A stretch of DNA of 64,000 nt from Anthoceros angustus (lineage: Eukaryota; Plantae; Anthocerotophyta), in assembly GCA_010909165.1 (NCBI GenBank), contig MU008155.1, positions 1,240,001-1,304,000 on the forward strand, written 5' to 3'. A program made the position numbers and the translations under genes. Under the pieces are notes generated by a model, which had not been told where the DNA came from, did not search any database, and saw nothing but the letters and a program-made list of their open reading frames with translations. Every line of letters starts with the position of its first letter. The first letter of the stretch is position 1. This document shows, piece by piece, positions 45,130 through 57,800 of the stretch.

Positions 45130-47756
45130 CCCATGATTTCACTTTCTGTCCAAAAGTCCTAGTCGGCACCCCATCCATCGATCCACCCACGGTGCTTAAC
45201 TGGAGTTCCTATGCTATCCAACTCACCCAGCTCACTTTTTGATGATGTAGCCTGCAGAGTATTTCTATGCATTTTAACATGCATAGATACTTAGAGGTTT
45301 CACTAATCACGATCTAAGATAGCGGGTGTGTTAACCTTGATTAAGGGTTTGATCTAGCCACTAACCGCCTGGAGTGCATGCCTCGACACACTGATCCGGA
45401 CGGAGCTACCAACCAAGAAGTCCATCGAGCGAATTCAAGTCCCGACCAAGAGGGAGAGAACACCCGATTTTGGTACCATAAGGACGGAGGAACCCAAATA
45501 CAATCAACAATCTTTGAAGGATCTGGTGGCAACACACAAGACACGTTAGTCTTCGGGACAACTCGGTGAGCGGCGAGGAGGACTTGTCTCTTGGAGTCGT
45601 CAAGATGGGAGGAGACAAGGATCGAATGGAGTTGTTCACAGACGGCACCTTGCCACCGGAGGACTTCATCGAGAAGTACGCGTGCGTGTGAGATGGAATT
45701 GAAGACCGGATACACGAAGCGATACGGCTTCATCCAAATGCCAAGTACTTGGGGATGAAGCATTGGCGTGCTATCGCGAGCACAAGGCGAGTTGAGCACA
45801 TTGGAGGACCAAGGAGTAGCGCTCAAGAAGGCAGACGAGTAAAGCACCAAGTGGGCACGATCCCATCAAGAGATGTTTGACATCTTCCGGAGTTTCGCAA
45901 GCACGGATGAGAAGATCTCCGAGCCACACTTCAAGATGAAGTCAGCGAGACCGCCAAGATGGCTTATCAAGAATCACCAGCTTGGTACGTGACACCAAGA
46001 TCATGAGTGACCGACGTAGAAGCAGGAAGTACTTGCGCATCATGCATGAAGGTGCAACAAGCGTGCATGCACGGCGGGGCAACACTACACCCTCAAGGAA
46101 GTGTACGAGATGACAAGATAGGGCCCACGACACTTTCTCTCTCAAGTGATTACTCCAAAGACAAGTGGTGGACGGACATGACCGACGCGGAGGTCGAGTG
46201 GAGGAGCTCACGAGACAAGCCACCCACATGCCCCAAGTGACGAGCCCCTGTGAGGTGCCGAGGGACGACCATTCCCTCATGAGTGCGAGCATGCATTCGG
46301 AGGAGTCAAGGGTGAGGAGCCATGCCCTAGGTGTGGGAGGTACGGCACAATGAAGCGGCATGTTGGGAGAAGCATCCGGAATTGCGCCTACGGGTTATCG
46401 AGCAGCAACCCCGCCAATGCATCTACGGCCAACCTCATCCACAAAATCAAGAGCAAAGGCGCCTGGAGGAGGCATAAGTCCCGTGGACAAAAGAAACGGA
46501 AGCATCAAAGAAGACGATGGATGTATTGGCACGCCTGCAAAGTTGGTGAAGGCGAAGATCAAGGAGAGCAGCAGTCATCATCGAGGACGAAGAAGATGAG
46601 CACAAGCTTGATACATGGCGATCGTGACCGCATCCAAGGGCAGGAAGAAACCTCCGCACGAGAGAAGATAGCTCGAGGAAGAAGAGGATGTCTTGACACC
46701 GCAGGCGGAAGACACTAAGGAAGCTTCGGATCCTCTTCCGAACCTATGCCAAGATGCCAAAGTCGCTTGAGCCATTGCCGTGGAGCAACTGTGGGAGCAA
46801 CATCAAAGTCCAGAGGGGGCGATGTGGAGAAACCCATGCATGTTTGAGACGATGGCACAAAAGCTCGAGATGCCCCTTACAAGACATGGGGTTGAGGAAG
46901 TCGTGGTTTGACTCGGCGGATGTTGACAACCCTTGAAGGCGAAGCAAGTGTCCAAGATGCCACAACAGGTGCAATGATGTCATTGACCTCGAGCCAAGCA
47001 TCTCGGAAGAATGTCGCACGAGTGGAGTGGCTTTGGTCAACAATCGAGAGAGGCACATTGAAATCAATGGATTCGCACCAAGGAGGGTGTTGATTGACAC
47101 CGAGCAGCCCGGTGATCTGGAAGAAGAGTGAAGGAAGCGCGTCTCCACCAAGAAAGGTTGAAGGAAACCAAGTGGAAGATCCGCATCACCGGGACCACGG
47201 AGCATGTGTTGGGGTGACAAGGTACAAGCTGAAGGTTTCATTCAAACCAAGAAGCAGACTTCACCTTTGTCGAGGTACACCGCTTGGTCACATGCGCATA
47301 CTTTGATGTCTTGGAGCGGACGCTTTGTACAAACCGAGTCATGGTGGATTTGTGGACGGAGACCTACTATCGACCAGCCGAGAAGCGGAGCAAAACCGAT
47401 GAACGGATTGCCCGCATCCCTCTGCGGCATGGCAAGGATCATGAGAACCTCATTGCCACAGCACCAGTTTGGCGTCAGAGGAAGGACACGCCATACGTGC
47501 TTGAACCTCTGGCGTGTGTCTAACAACCGCAGAATCGACTGATGGAGGATTTCACGAGGAGGAGGAAAACAAGCTAGGGTTGCAACCACCCTGAGGAGGT
47601 TCTTCAAGTCACCGACGGACCGCAAAGAATGAGCCGCAAAAGCCGTGGAGGATGGTGCAAGAGGACCAAGGTCCTATGAGCCGAGAACCGTAAGTTCTGC
47701 CTAGGGTTGAGCCTGCTTAGACCTAAACACCTGTGTCATCACATGGCGACTGGAAG

Positions 47757-48640
47757 GCGATAGTGCTCGTGGAACTCTTTGGAGGCATCAAGACGCTTGA
47801 AGCTAAAGTGTGGCATCAAAGTGCGAAGATACGTGCATTGTGACCCGGATCCAAAAGCAAGGATTGTGCCGCGTGCGTAAGAGACTTGATGGGGAGTACC
47901 TAACCTCGACGGGAGCCGTGAAGGGTTACCGCCGATGGATGTTCGCATGATAGGGTTGTCCCATTTGAGTTGTCTTGGGCAACCGGTGGACCTTGTCATC
48001 GCAGTTGGGAGTGTCAAGGACTATCCTCCGCAGTAAGGGTCAAGGTCTCAAGGATCCACAACAAAGATTGTTCTATGACCGATGAGGATCTTGCGCTTGA
48101 TCCGTAAAGGGCAAGAAAGGCCTTGTGGATACATGTTGGAGAATGTGCCAAGATGCATGAGCGTGAAGAAGCAAGTTCGGAGGATTTTGCCACGATCCGA
48201 GGAGTGTTGGGTCGAGCTTCTATTGGATGCAACCAATTTGGTTCGAGGGCTCATAGGTTGAGGTCCATGTGGACTAACCTTGCTCCCTTGGAACATTTGA
48301 AGTGTGCGAGGTCGCTCACCAAGCGACCTAATCATGTTGTCAAGGATGTGCTAGCATCGGAAGGCATGCCCAACAAGTCATCAAGACAAGCCGCCGCACT
48401 TCGAACACGCCTGACACCCCATGGCGGCTTGGCCAACCTTTGTGTCTAAGTCCAAGTCTTACGCCTTCAGAACCATGGCCTGCTGGTGGGATGTACATGG
48501 CGAGGTTTTGGGAGAGCCAACACAAGAGAGGGAGTTGGCCATGGGATTTGATGCGAGCCACAAGACACCGGAGTGACCGAGAAGGAACGTGTCGATTGCT
48601 TGGGCAAGCATTTGACGTGAACATGATGACTGGTTGTTTA
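47757..48640 (+). CDS. C5 DNA cytosine methyltransferase domain within Gypsy pol (frameshifted as assembled)
   Basis: Motif I VELFGGI (47769-89), YVHCDPD, motif IV PVDLVIA[G]WECQGLSSA[G] (Cys codon 48012-14), motif VI YMLENV (ENV 48139-47), motif VIII FGSRAHRLRSMWTN, motif IX ERELAMGF (48526-49), motif X RLLGQAFD (~48593), all in canonical order. Confidence 0.88.
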
Positions 48641-50458
48641 GCTACTGAGTCGCCACCAACTTCAAACCAAGAAGGCGGGGTTGAAGCAGCGTCGGTGGGT
48701 GAAGGATATTCAGACCTCGACAGGAGAAGGCGAGTTTGAGGGCAAGGAGAGCGAGCACGAGGAAGGAAGCCATCCGAGCCAACCACATGAGTGGTTAACA
48801 GGCCGAGTTGAAGAGCAATCAACGGCGCCGTTAAAGGAGTTGTTGGAGGCATCGCGACATGTGTTTGCTTTCACGCCATGGAGATGGGGAAGTACACCAA
48901 AGGGAAGTTCCACATAGAATCGACCACGATGAACCAAAGGTTCGCAGAGGCATGTGCAAAGGCCGAGTGGGATTTGGTTGAGAATCGATGCCAAGAGCTT
49001 CTCAAGCTGATTCGATTCGACGATCTAACTCGCAGACGCATGCGATGTAGCTCAAAAAGAAGGATGAGAATGGATTGTGGACGGAGAGGAGAATGTGTGG
49101 TGACTATCGGCCATTGAACGAGCGAATCCCACATGACCACTATCCCATGCCGACGGTCAAGAGATCTTCGACACCATTGGGTCTGCCAAGTTCTTCTCAA
49201 CATTGGACTTGAGGCTAGGGTTTCACCAAGTAGAGATCAAGAAGACAAGAAGAAAACGCGCTCGGGGCGTAGATTGCTTGTACGAGTGGAATTACATGCC
49301 ATTTGGGTTGAAGACATCGCCAACGCAGCAAAGGTACATGGACAATGAGCTCAAGGACTTGCATTTCGCCAAGTGCTACATTGATGACGTCATCATCTTC
49401 AGAATACCTTTGAGGAGCATCTACAACATCTTCGAGCGCCTTTGCTAGATCGGCCGGGGTTGAAGGCCCATCCAGAAGTGTCGATTTGGAGAGGATAAGG
49501 TGTTGTACTTGGGTCATTGGATCACGCCGACGGATCTCCGCATGCCACCAAGGTGGAGGCAATCGCGCATTCCTGCCAAACGACATCTCAAGTTGAGGGC
49601 ATTCTTGGGTGTTGGTGAAGTTCATTCCATGGATGAGCAGGATTGCGCCATTGAATGACTTGTTGAAGAAGTTGGTGACTTGGCGTTGGACTCAAGAGGA
49701 GGAGTCGCTTTCATGGAGTTGAAGGGTAGACTCATGAGCTCGCCAATTCTTGGTCATCCAAACTTCAAGCGCTCGCATTTTACAATCGATTGGAGCACGA
49801 TAGGCGCTTGGCGCAGATCAATGACAAGGAAGAGGAACATGTCATTGCCTATGCCACGGAGCAACAACGGAGTCCAACTACTCGCCTATGAAGGAGAATG
49901 TCTTGCGCAGGTGGGCAATGGACACTTTCGTACTTGTTTGGACATCAATTTCGACCATCACCATCAACCCTTGCATTGGTTGATGACGAACGCCAAGCTT
50001 ACAGGAAAGCGAGGTGGGCTCTCATTCTCCGTGAGTATGACTTTGTCATCGAACACCGTGTAGAGTTCACTCTAATGGATGGGTTGTCAAGGAATCCTCT
50101 ACCTCGTGAACGAAGACACTACAGGGGCCGTGCAAGATTGATGACGAGCAACACCGGGGGAGAGTAGTCCAGATACCATGTTGGCCATGCCGCATGAGGA
50201 TGTCAAGATGCCTCCACTCATCGCTTTGTATGCAGAGTCCGCTGTGACATCCGGCGGATGCAATGAGCGGACCTTCCTAAGGTCGGGAATTGCCACAAGG
50301 GCTTTCATCTCGATGCCAAGCTACGCGAGAAGGTGGCTCGATTATTGGAAGGAGGACATAATGTAGTGATTCTCATGGAGATAGAATTGTACCCAAGCCG
50401 GAGGACCGGGTGAGACTCATCACCTGTGCATGAAGGCTTAGGGCATTTTGGTGCTAAT

Positions 50459-53400
50459 TCAGGTGACCACATGGGTACTCACCCCTTGAAAAGGAGTGTT
50501 TTTTTGTGTTTTAAGCTATGAGAATCGTGGAGTTGGAATGTGAAGTAGGTTAGGAATAAGAAAAGTCTACTAGAGCCTAGTAGGAGGAAGAGAGTCTAGT
50601 CCCGATCCCGGATGTAACCTGGAGGGTTGTCTCGGCTGTTAAACGCGTTGCTAGGGCTGCTATATGACTGCTATGACACAACCGACTCGGGAGCTGTTGC
50701 TATGGTAGCAACCAAGTCGGAGTTATTTTCCGATAAATTTGGAAAACCAATTGATGAAATCATTGGAAATACCAAACGGGAAGTAACGGGGTCCTAGCAA
50801 TTAAGTCCAAGGGACAAGAGTATTTGCAAAATCCGGATCAAGACGGCGCCGCCTCAATTCGAGCGCGTGGAGGCCGAGCGAACGCCGGACGGACACAAAG
50901 CAGGTGTCGCAGCCGGTCGGAAGCAGCCGCTGACGAGCGCCAAGAAGGCCGGTTGAATGGCGGGTGGTGTCGGGATGCGGCGGTGAGGAGAGCGCAGAAA
51001 GCGAGGCGAGGGCGGCAAGACCCTGTGAGGCGGCGAACGGTCGTGGAGAGCTCAAGGTGCGCGTCGGGCAATGGCGGTTGGTCAGAAATTCCAATGGCGT
51101 GGTGGGGAGTAATCGGGCCGCAGCCTCGAGAAGGCTAGGCGGGCGGCTCGTGTGTGGCGACTGCCGCAAGAAGTAGAAGAGTCAAGTGAGGCGTGAAGGG
51201 CCGAGGAAGCCGAAAAGGGAAGTGTGCACGGGGTGCTGGTGGCACGCACCGGGAGGTCGGACAAGGGCGACAAAGCGCACTGTGGGTCACCGCTCAACCA
51301 CGCGGATACTTTTTCCCCGCACTCATATTTGAGGCGGAAGGCGAATGGCTTGAGCGAGCAGTGCATGTTGATGCATAGGGGATGGAGTTCCATGTGGTGG
51401 TGTGACGCGTGTGTCAGGTGGTGGTCGACGTGTGTGGAGACACGGAGATACCGGCCAGGGGCAAGGCCGAGACAGTGATGTAGGAGGGAGGTTGGTGGAT
51501 TCCACCGGAGAAAAATCCGTGGCACTCCCGCCATCGTGAGATGGGTACGAGCCGAGCGGTACAGGGGATCCTTCACCAAGCGGGCTAAGAAGAAATTTCG
51601 AGTGAGGAGTCGACCGAGGGCGACACGACAAGGCTTGTGGAAGTGCAGCGGGCGTGTAGCCGGACACTTGTCAGAACTCTAGGCTCGGCCACGGACAAGG
51701 AGCATGGGACCTAAGAAGAACACTCCGTGGCCATTGAGGCCATTACCATCGCCCAATGGCCCAACATGGGGCAATCGGAGAGTGAAGGGTCTTTTGGTGG
51801 CTAAGCATCACTTGTCCTTCATGGACAAAAAAAGCTACAAGAGCTTAATTGGTTGGAATGCGTGCACATGAGGGAGAAGGCCAGGGGAAGGCAACACGAG
51901 AACCAACCCCGCACTGGAATATTCGTTGTTCCAGCCGTCTATGAGAGGCCTCAAGAGGAATGTGGTGGAATAATCATTGATCCTTTCAGAAGCCATCTCC
52001 CAAAAGTCGCAGGAGGCACAAGCCGCCATTGCTCCCACATTGTCTAGGGTGGAGAATGGCTGGGTCACCAACAAATTAGACCCCGAGTGGCCGGATTAGC
52101 CAGTGATCCTGTGCTCTCACTCACTAAGAAGCTAGAGCACATTGTCGACCATTTTGTCTTTCTATGAGGTGGTGAGAGGGTCCAAGATAGATTGGGCTAG
52201 GATGTTCTATGACACAAGATGCGTGGAGAGGGACCACTTGACCTCACCCACCCAGCCCCTCACCTATCTCCTTCTTAATCCACATTTTTGACCATGCCAA
52301 GTTCTGGAGGATAGAGATGGTCTCACCTTTCCATGCTGGAGGCCGTGTTTGAAAGAAGGAAGCCCAAAGAGGAGTCGAGGAAGAGGCCATCTCCGTGGCA
52401 CCGGGAGTGAAGATGAGAAGTCCAAGTGTCCATGAAGAGGAATGTGGCGCTTGCTAAGGCATCACCATGTTGCAACAAAGCAACCGGAGTTGCTAAGACC
52501 CCAACAGTACCAAGAGAGGTCGAGCAGGGACTCCAACCACTCCTAGAGCCACAAGAGCACGACCGGGAACTCACCCGAGTGGGATAAAGGAAAGGCAGCA
52601 GCACTGGGCCCGCAGAGCGGGGCTGGGAAGCCACAGTCAACAGGAGGAATCGCCCAACCTTGGGCACACCGAGCCGATCCGAGAAAGTCACTACTGCTCA
52701 CCTCAAGTATACCCCTAAGTGGTCGCAGGGAGAGCGCCAGATAGGAAGGAGGGAACCCATCCCTGAAGGTTTGGGGCCTAACATCACCGCAAGAGGGTCT
52801 CATGGCACGCACTAGGTGAGATGGAGGACCATAGCTCGGGTCCTCTTTGTTAGGTTTACAGCAGTAGGGAACAACAGGAGAGGGGAGCTCCAGGAATGAA
52901 GGGAGAAGGAGGTCTTGAGGGACGCCTAGGTAGCATGGAAGGAATTAAGGAAGGTCCGAGAAGAGTTGCAGAAGACCAAGGATGAAAACCCTCATGGTTC
53001 ACCTGACACAAAGCACCATAGGGAGCTGCAATGTCATCTCGATGCGCAAGTTCAGCCGAACCTATGGCGAGCCACAAGAAGGAGAGGGACGAGGCAAGGA
53101 AAGGTTGGAAAGAGGCCAAGAGGGCTGTGGATTGCAAGGAGAGCCACCGTGGAAGATGGAGCTCCCATGGAAGAATCTGCCGAGTTGGCAACACCGAGGA
53201 GGTTACAAGCAAGCAACCGCTGGCCGCTAAGGAAACACACCTGCACTCTGCTGTGGGGAGCAACAGCCAAGACCGAGCTCAACAAGAAGGGGGGGCACAT
53301 CTGTGGAGGAGGATAAACAGCTGGGGAGCGGGGACATGGAGGTACTTGATCCATGCCTTGACGGCACTGGATCCTACCTATGGGTTGGATTCTTATGGAG

Positions 53401-54825
53401 GAAACTCCCGACCCATCCAGATTCAAGAGCTCACCGAGGAGGAGTACTGCATCATGCAAGCACAAGAGAGAGAGGAGTCCAGCCCGAGGAGGTAGAGTGG
53501 GAGAGATTGCCCAACCAGCCAAGAGGGAGGAGAGCAAGAGGAGAACATAGGCGCCTAGGAGGCCTGTGAGAGGTAATAGGGTAAGTGGCCCCGAAATAGC
53601 TAAAGGCCCATGTGTTATAGATCGAAATCTTATCCTCATAGTGGATAGAATTAGAGATAGGCCTCTAGGATTGGTAGGCTAAGACCGATTGGCAGCAAGC
53701 CTGTGGGGTCGATCTTAAGAGGCAGCCCTCTTGATGAAACAAGCAATGTTGGCCTAAAGTCTTGGTGTTTGCACGGGGGTACCAGATCCAAAGGTCGTAA
53801 GTCTAGACGCTTTGTCACAGGGAGGAGAAGACCACTGTTGCCAGATCCGTGGCCGGATCCGCAAGAGTGGTGGAAAGCAAGGGAGGGAGCCTAGGTCTCC
53901 TTGGAGGGAGTTAAGGTCAAGAGGAGGAAGGGGTTGTGAAGCCGGGAGGCCCCTCTTACTCATTCCCTTCGCCTTGTCTAGTACTCACCTTGTGTTTGAG
54001 TTTCGTGTGAGATTTGTGTTTGGAAAGAGGACAAGGGGAGAAGTGAGAATGTGGACATGAGTTGTGGCGTTTGAGAGGGGTAAGAAGGACTGGAGAAGTG
54101 TAAAGTGATGTTTGAAGAGAGTGGGAGTGGAGGTTGAAGATCCGGAGTGGATGAGATGGAATGATGGGGAGGAACAAGTATTTTGAGAGTTGGTGAGGGC
54201 TGTAAGGTCTGGATGAGAACCTTGTGGCTGGAGAGGAGCCGAGGAGAAAGTGAGATTGAATGCCGTGAGGTGTGAGAACAAGGAGTTGAAGAGAGCTGGG
54301 GAAACTTGGAGAGTGTGGAGAGGCTGCGAGAGGCACCTCAAGGACTGTGAGAGCTGGAGGGTCTGGGGAGGAAGGTGAGCTGAAAGGGGAGAAAGGGAAG
54401 TCCGGGAAGATGCAAGAGTGAGGGGGTTATGGGAGCGAACCCGATTGGTGGATCTAACTTTGTGGATGAGAGAGAGAGAGAGAGAGGGGTCGCCTTATCC
54501 ACTTGGATCCCGACCGACCCACCTTCTATTAATAGCCACCGATCCCAAGGTGGACCCCTGCTAAAATAGAGGGTGGTTGCTAAGATAGCAACCGGCCCCT
54601 GCTAAGGTAGCATCAGGTCGCGTGGCTAAGATAGCCACACGAGTGTTGTTAGGATAGTAGCTGTCTCAGAATCGCTAGATGTTTGTATGTCTGTTTGGTT
54701 GGATTGGCTATGTTTTGGTTGTCTTGACACGAAATCACTCCTTGGGTACGAATCTCAAGTCTACAACGATAAAGAGGGTAAATGTGGCCTCTTTGTGACC
54801 ACTTGGTTTAGAAAATCACTCCACA
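50459..54825 (+). repeat. 5' LTR (~4.37 kb) of the Athila/Tat-like element
   Basis: Collinear with 60584-64000. Ends CCACA, the inverse of TGTGG at the start of the 3' LTR. Confidence 0.88.
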
Positions 54826-54828
54826 TTT

Positions 54829-54842
54829 TGGCGCTGCCGGGA
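54829..54842 (+). other. tRNA-Asp-like primer binding site
   Basis: TGGCGCTGCCGGGA just after the LTR end; resembles the Athila PBS TGGCGCCGTTGCCGGG with a 3-nt loss. Confidence 0.7.
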
Positions 54843-57800
54843 GTGTCATTGTTGTCAAGACCTTAGAGTAGACTAACCTTGTCTAGTAGTGTATTGGGAG
54901 TCTTGAGTGATACATGGATGCTACCCATTGAGTCCGAAAGTTCCGACCCACGTGAAGAGAAGACTCAAAGAAGAAGACAACGCCAAGCCGTGGAGCGAGG
55001 CTGCATCGAGAGCCGAGGAGAGCACAAAGCAGTAACGACTACCGGAGGAGCCAAGAAGCAACAGTCGCTAGGACGACCATCCTTGTCTTCCTCGACCTCG
55101 TTGAACTTGTGCACAGTGAACTCAAGAACTTTTGGGCGTATGCTACAGAGATCCTTGCTAGACCAACATCGCGTCGGATAGTGACGACATCATGGCGACT
55201 TCGCCTTTTGCAATAACTACAGCCATACCCACCGTATGGAGAGAAGAAGGGGTATGAAGATCCGACGTTTGTTGAACGCTTTGAGCAACTAACCATTGCA
55301 AATCGTGAACTGGGATCGCACGATTCAGCTCTTCTACGGAGTTCTTCATGGAGGGCCGCCAAGTGGTACAAGAGAGTACCTCAAGGCATCAAGACTCAAA
55401 GAACCTTCAACGAATCAAGAAAGCCTTTTGTGAGAGGTCTGGGGGAATAGATGTAGAAGGCTACGTGTTGTCAAAGTTGGAGTTTTTGAGGAGAAGAAGG
55501 AAGGAGACCTTGCAAGCTTATGTTGAGAGGTTTCTTAACTTGCGTGATCGTAGTGGTCCTCACTCGATTTCATGTGCCATTCGGTGGTTTGCTAAGGGGT
55601 TAGATCCCGAGATGGGCCGACATGTGAGGTGCAAGCGGAGAAAGACGAGACAAGGCCATCAAGGCGGCACTCAACTACGAAGAATCCAACTCCTTGGACA
55701 AGAAGAAGCACAAGAAGGAAAAGAGCAAGAAGAAGAAGTCCAAGCGAGGAAGAAGGACAAGGGATCTTCGTCGGGAGGAAGAATCAGAGGAGAGTGACTC
55801 TCAAGACTCAGATTCGGAGGACTCTTCCTGAGGATGGCAGACGGAGGAAGAATCCTAAGACGAGACGCAGGAAGAAGAAGAAGGTTGGCCGCTAAGAAGA
55901 AACCAGAGGCTCGAGGATCAAGGGAGCTGTATAAACAAGAGGTCGCTAGTGCTAAGAAGGAAGTGGAACAAGTCAAGAGGAGGCTGAAGTCAGCAAGAAG
56001 GTGCAACAGAAGAAATGAAGATGGAGGAAATGATGAGCAAATTAGAAGTTTCACCTCAACGTGAAGGAGCATGAGAAGAGGAGAGCTGCATCCAAAGCTG
56101 CTAACTGCTTTGTTCCACTTGTGGCCAGCCAGCCACACCAAGTCCAACTGCATGTGGCCAAGGTGCACATGCTCGCCACGAGGAGGAGGAAGAGGATCGC
56201 TGGAGGATACCTACCGATCTGGAGGTTTGTGTGGACAACAAGACTCAAGACCGCCCATCGATGCGAAATTCCATGGGGCCGCATTCGTAACAACCAAGTG
56301 CCTGTGGTTGCTAACCAACGGTGCTTCTGGTTACAATCGTAGGGGCTTTGGTCATTATGCAAATAGCTCATCGAACAAGACCAATGGTGACTACGAACGG
56401 CGTGCCAAGACCGCAAACAATGTGGTCATGTAGCGGGAGTGTCACTTGCCCAAACCGAGGAAGACTGCTCAATTGCTCAACCACTGAGGGTTCAAGCAAG
56501 CAAGGAGCGGCACCATGCACGTGGAGGATGCCCTTATGGTCGCTTTGGGAGGATGCGAAGCCATGCGGGAGCTAGATGGACCGGGGGCAGTGGAGGAGAC
56601 TACTACGGAGAGGTCAGCCATGGTCATGCGCACTAGGAATGAAAAGCTAGGAGGAAGTGCGGAAGAAGAAAGAGACGGAGGTGCAATCACCGCAAAGTCA
56701 AGAGAGCACTCCAAGCCCGGAGGGAACGGATCTAGAGGAGACACTTGAGAAGGAGAACCCCGAGAAGGAAGAATCAAGGAGTGAATCGCTGGGGCCATGC
56801 CGAGAAAAGAAGTTCCAAAAGGGAGAGGAACCCGAGTTTCCACCGGACGCACGGGAAGTCATGGAGATGATAGAGGAGGAATTGACCAAGACAAATTAAA
56901 CCGAGCTCGTGATCCCGAGACCGCAGAAGTCCTCGAGTTAGCAACCGCCGCTGTTAAGGCGGCCGCTAAGCAAGCAACCGACGTTGTTGCTAAGGGAGCA
57001 ACCGATCGCGGGAAGAAGGAGGGACCGATCGAGGACCATTTAACCTTGCCAAGCCATCATGGATCGCCACACGCTTGGTCAACTATTGAAGGACAACCCG
57101 GCACAGCAACAAGTTCGGAGGGCCTTGCAAGAGGCGCAACCCAAGAGGAAGAGGCGATTGCCCAAGCCAGACCAAGGGTGCGACCCTACAACAACCTAGT
57201 GTCCATGATAGACCAAGGGCCGAGCAAGTAGAGATCGCCGTCGCATTCATCAAGCGGTTCCGGATACCGGATCCGGGTGAACATCATGACGGAAGCAATA
57301 GCAAGGAAGCTTGGGTTGGACATTGAGCATACCACAAGGTGTTGAGATTACCGACATGTCAAAAATGCACTGGGAGAATCAAGGAGTAACCACCATCATA
57401 GGGACCATTCCCTATCTCATGGACTATGTGGTTATCCAAGACAAGGCGCTGTGGACGACATCCTATTGGGAAGGACTGGTATGGCTCAAGATGCAAGATG
57501 ACTTGGAGGAAGGAAGTGGCTTTTAAGCCAATGGATTGGGACCCCAAGACGAAGGAGGAATTTGTTTGAGTTGGAGCAGGATACCACTGGGGAGACTCCT
57601 AGAACGGAAGGATACACATCAGGAGAAACATCCGACTGGAGGAAGAAGGAGGAACGGACAAATTTCCTTTTGCACATATCGCATGGTCGATGAGGAGGAA
57701 GAGTATAGGAGGGATATCCCTTACTCCCTCAATTTGGTGGACCGCTTTGGTTCATGGAGGACCGCATCAGGAGAGACAAAGAACCGCTGCTAACGTTGCT

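Larger units (their letters stand above)
44185..50458 (+). mobile_element. Ty3/Gypsy retrotransposon carrying a DNA cytosine methyltransferase; 3' part displaced by a nested insertion
   Basis: Probable 5' LTR 44185-45129, gag-like region, protease VLIDT (~47090), DNMT, RT (DYRPLN, LDLRLGFHQ, MPFGL, YIDD at 49377-88), RNase H (YEGECLA, DGLSR), start of the integrase Zn finger (LGHFG ~50440). Many frameshifts. Confidence 0.9.

Noticed and set aside
54883-54892. TCTAGTAGTG as the right TIR of the CACTA element
   Set aside because: It lies inside the Athila-like leader 42 kb away, and the flank TAT does not match the left flank CGG.
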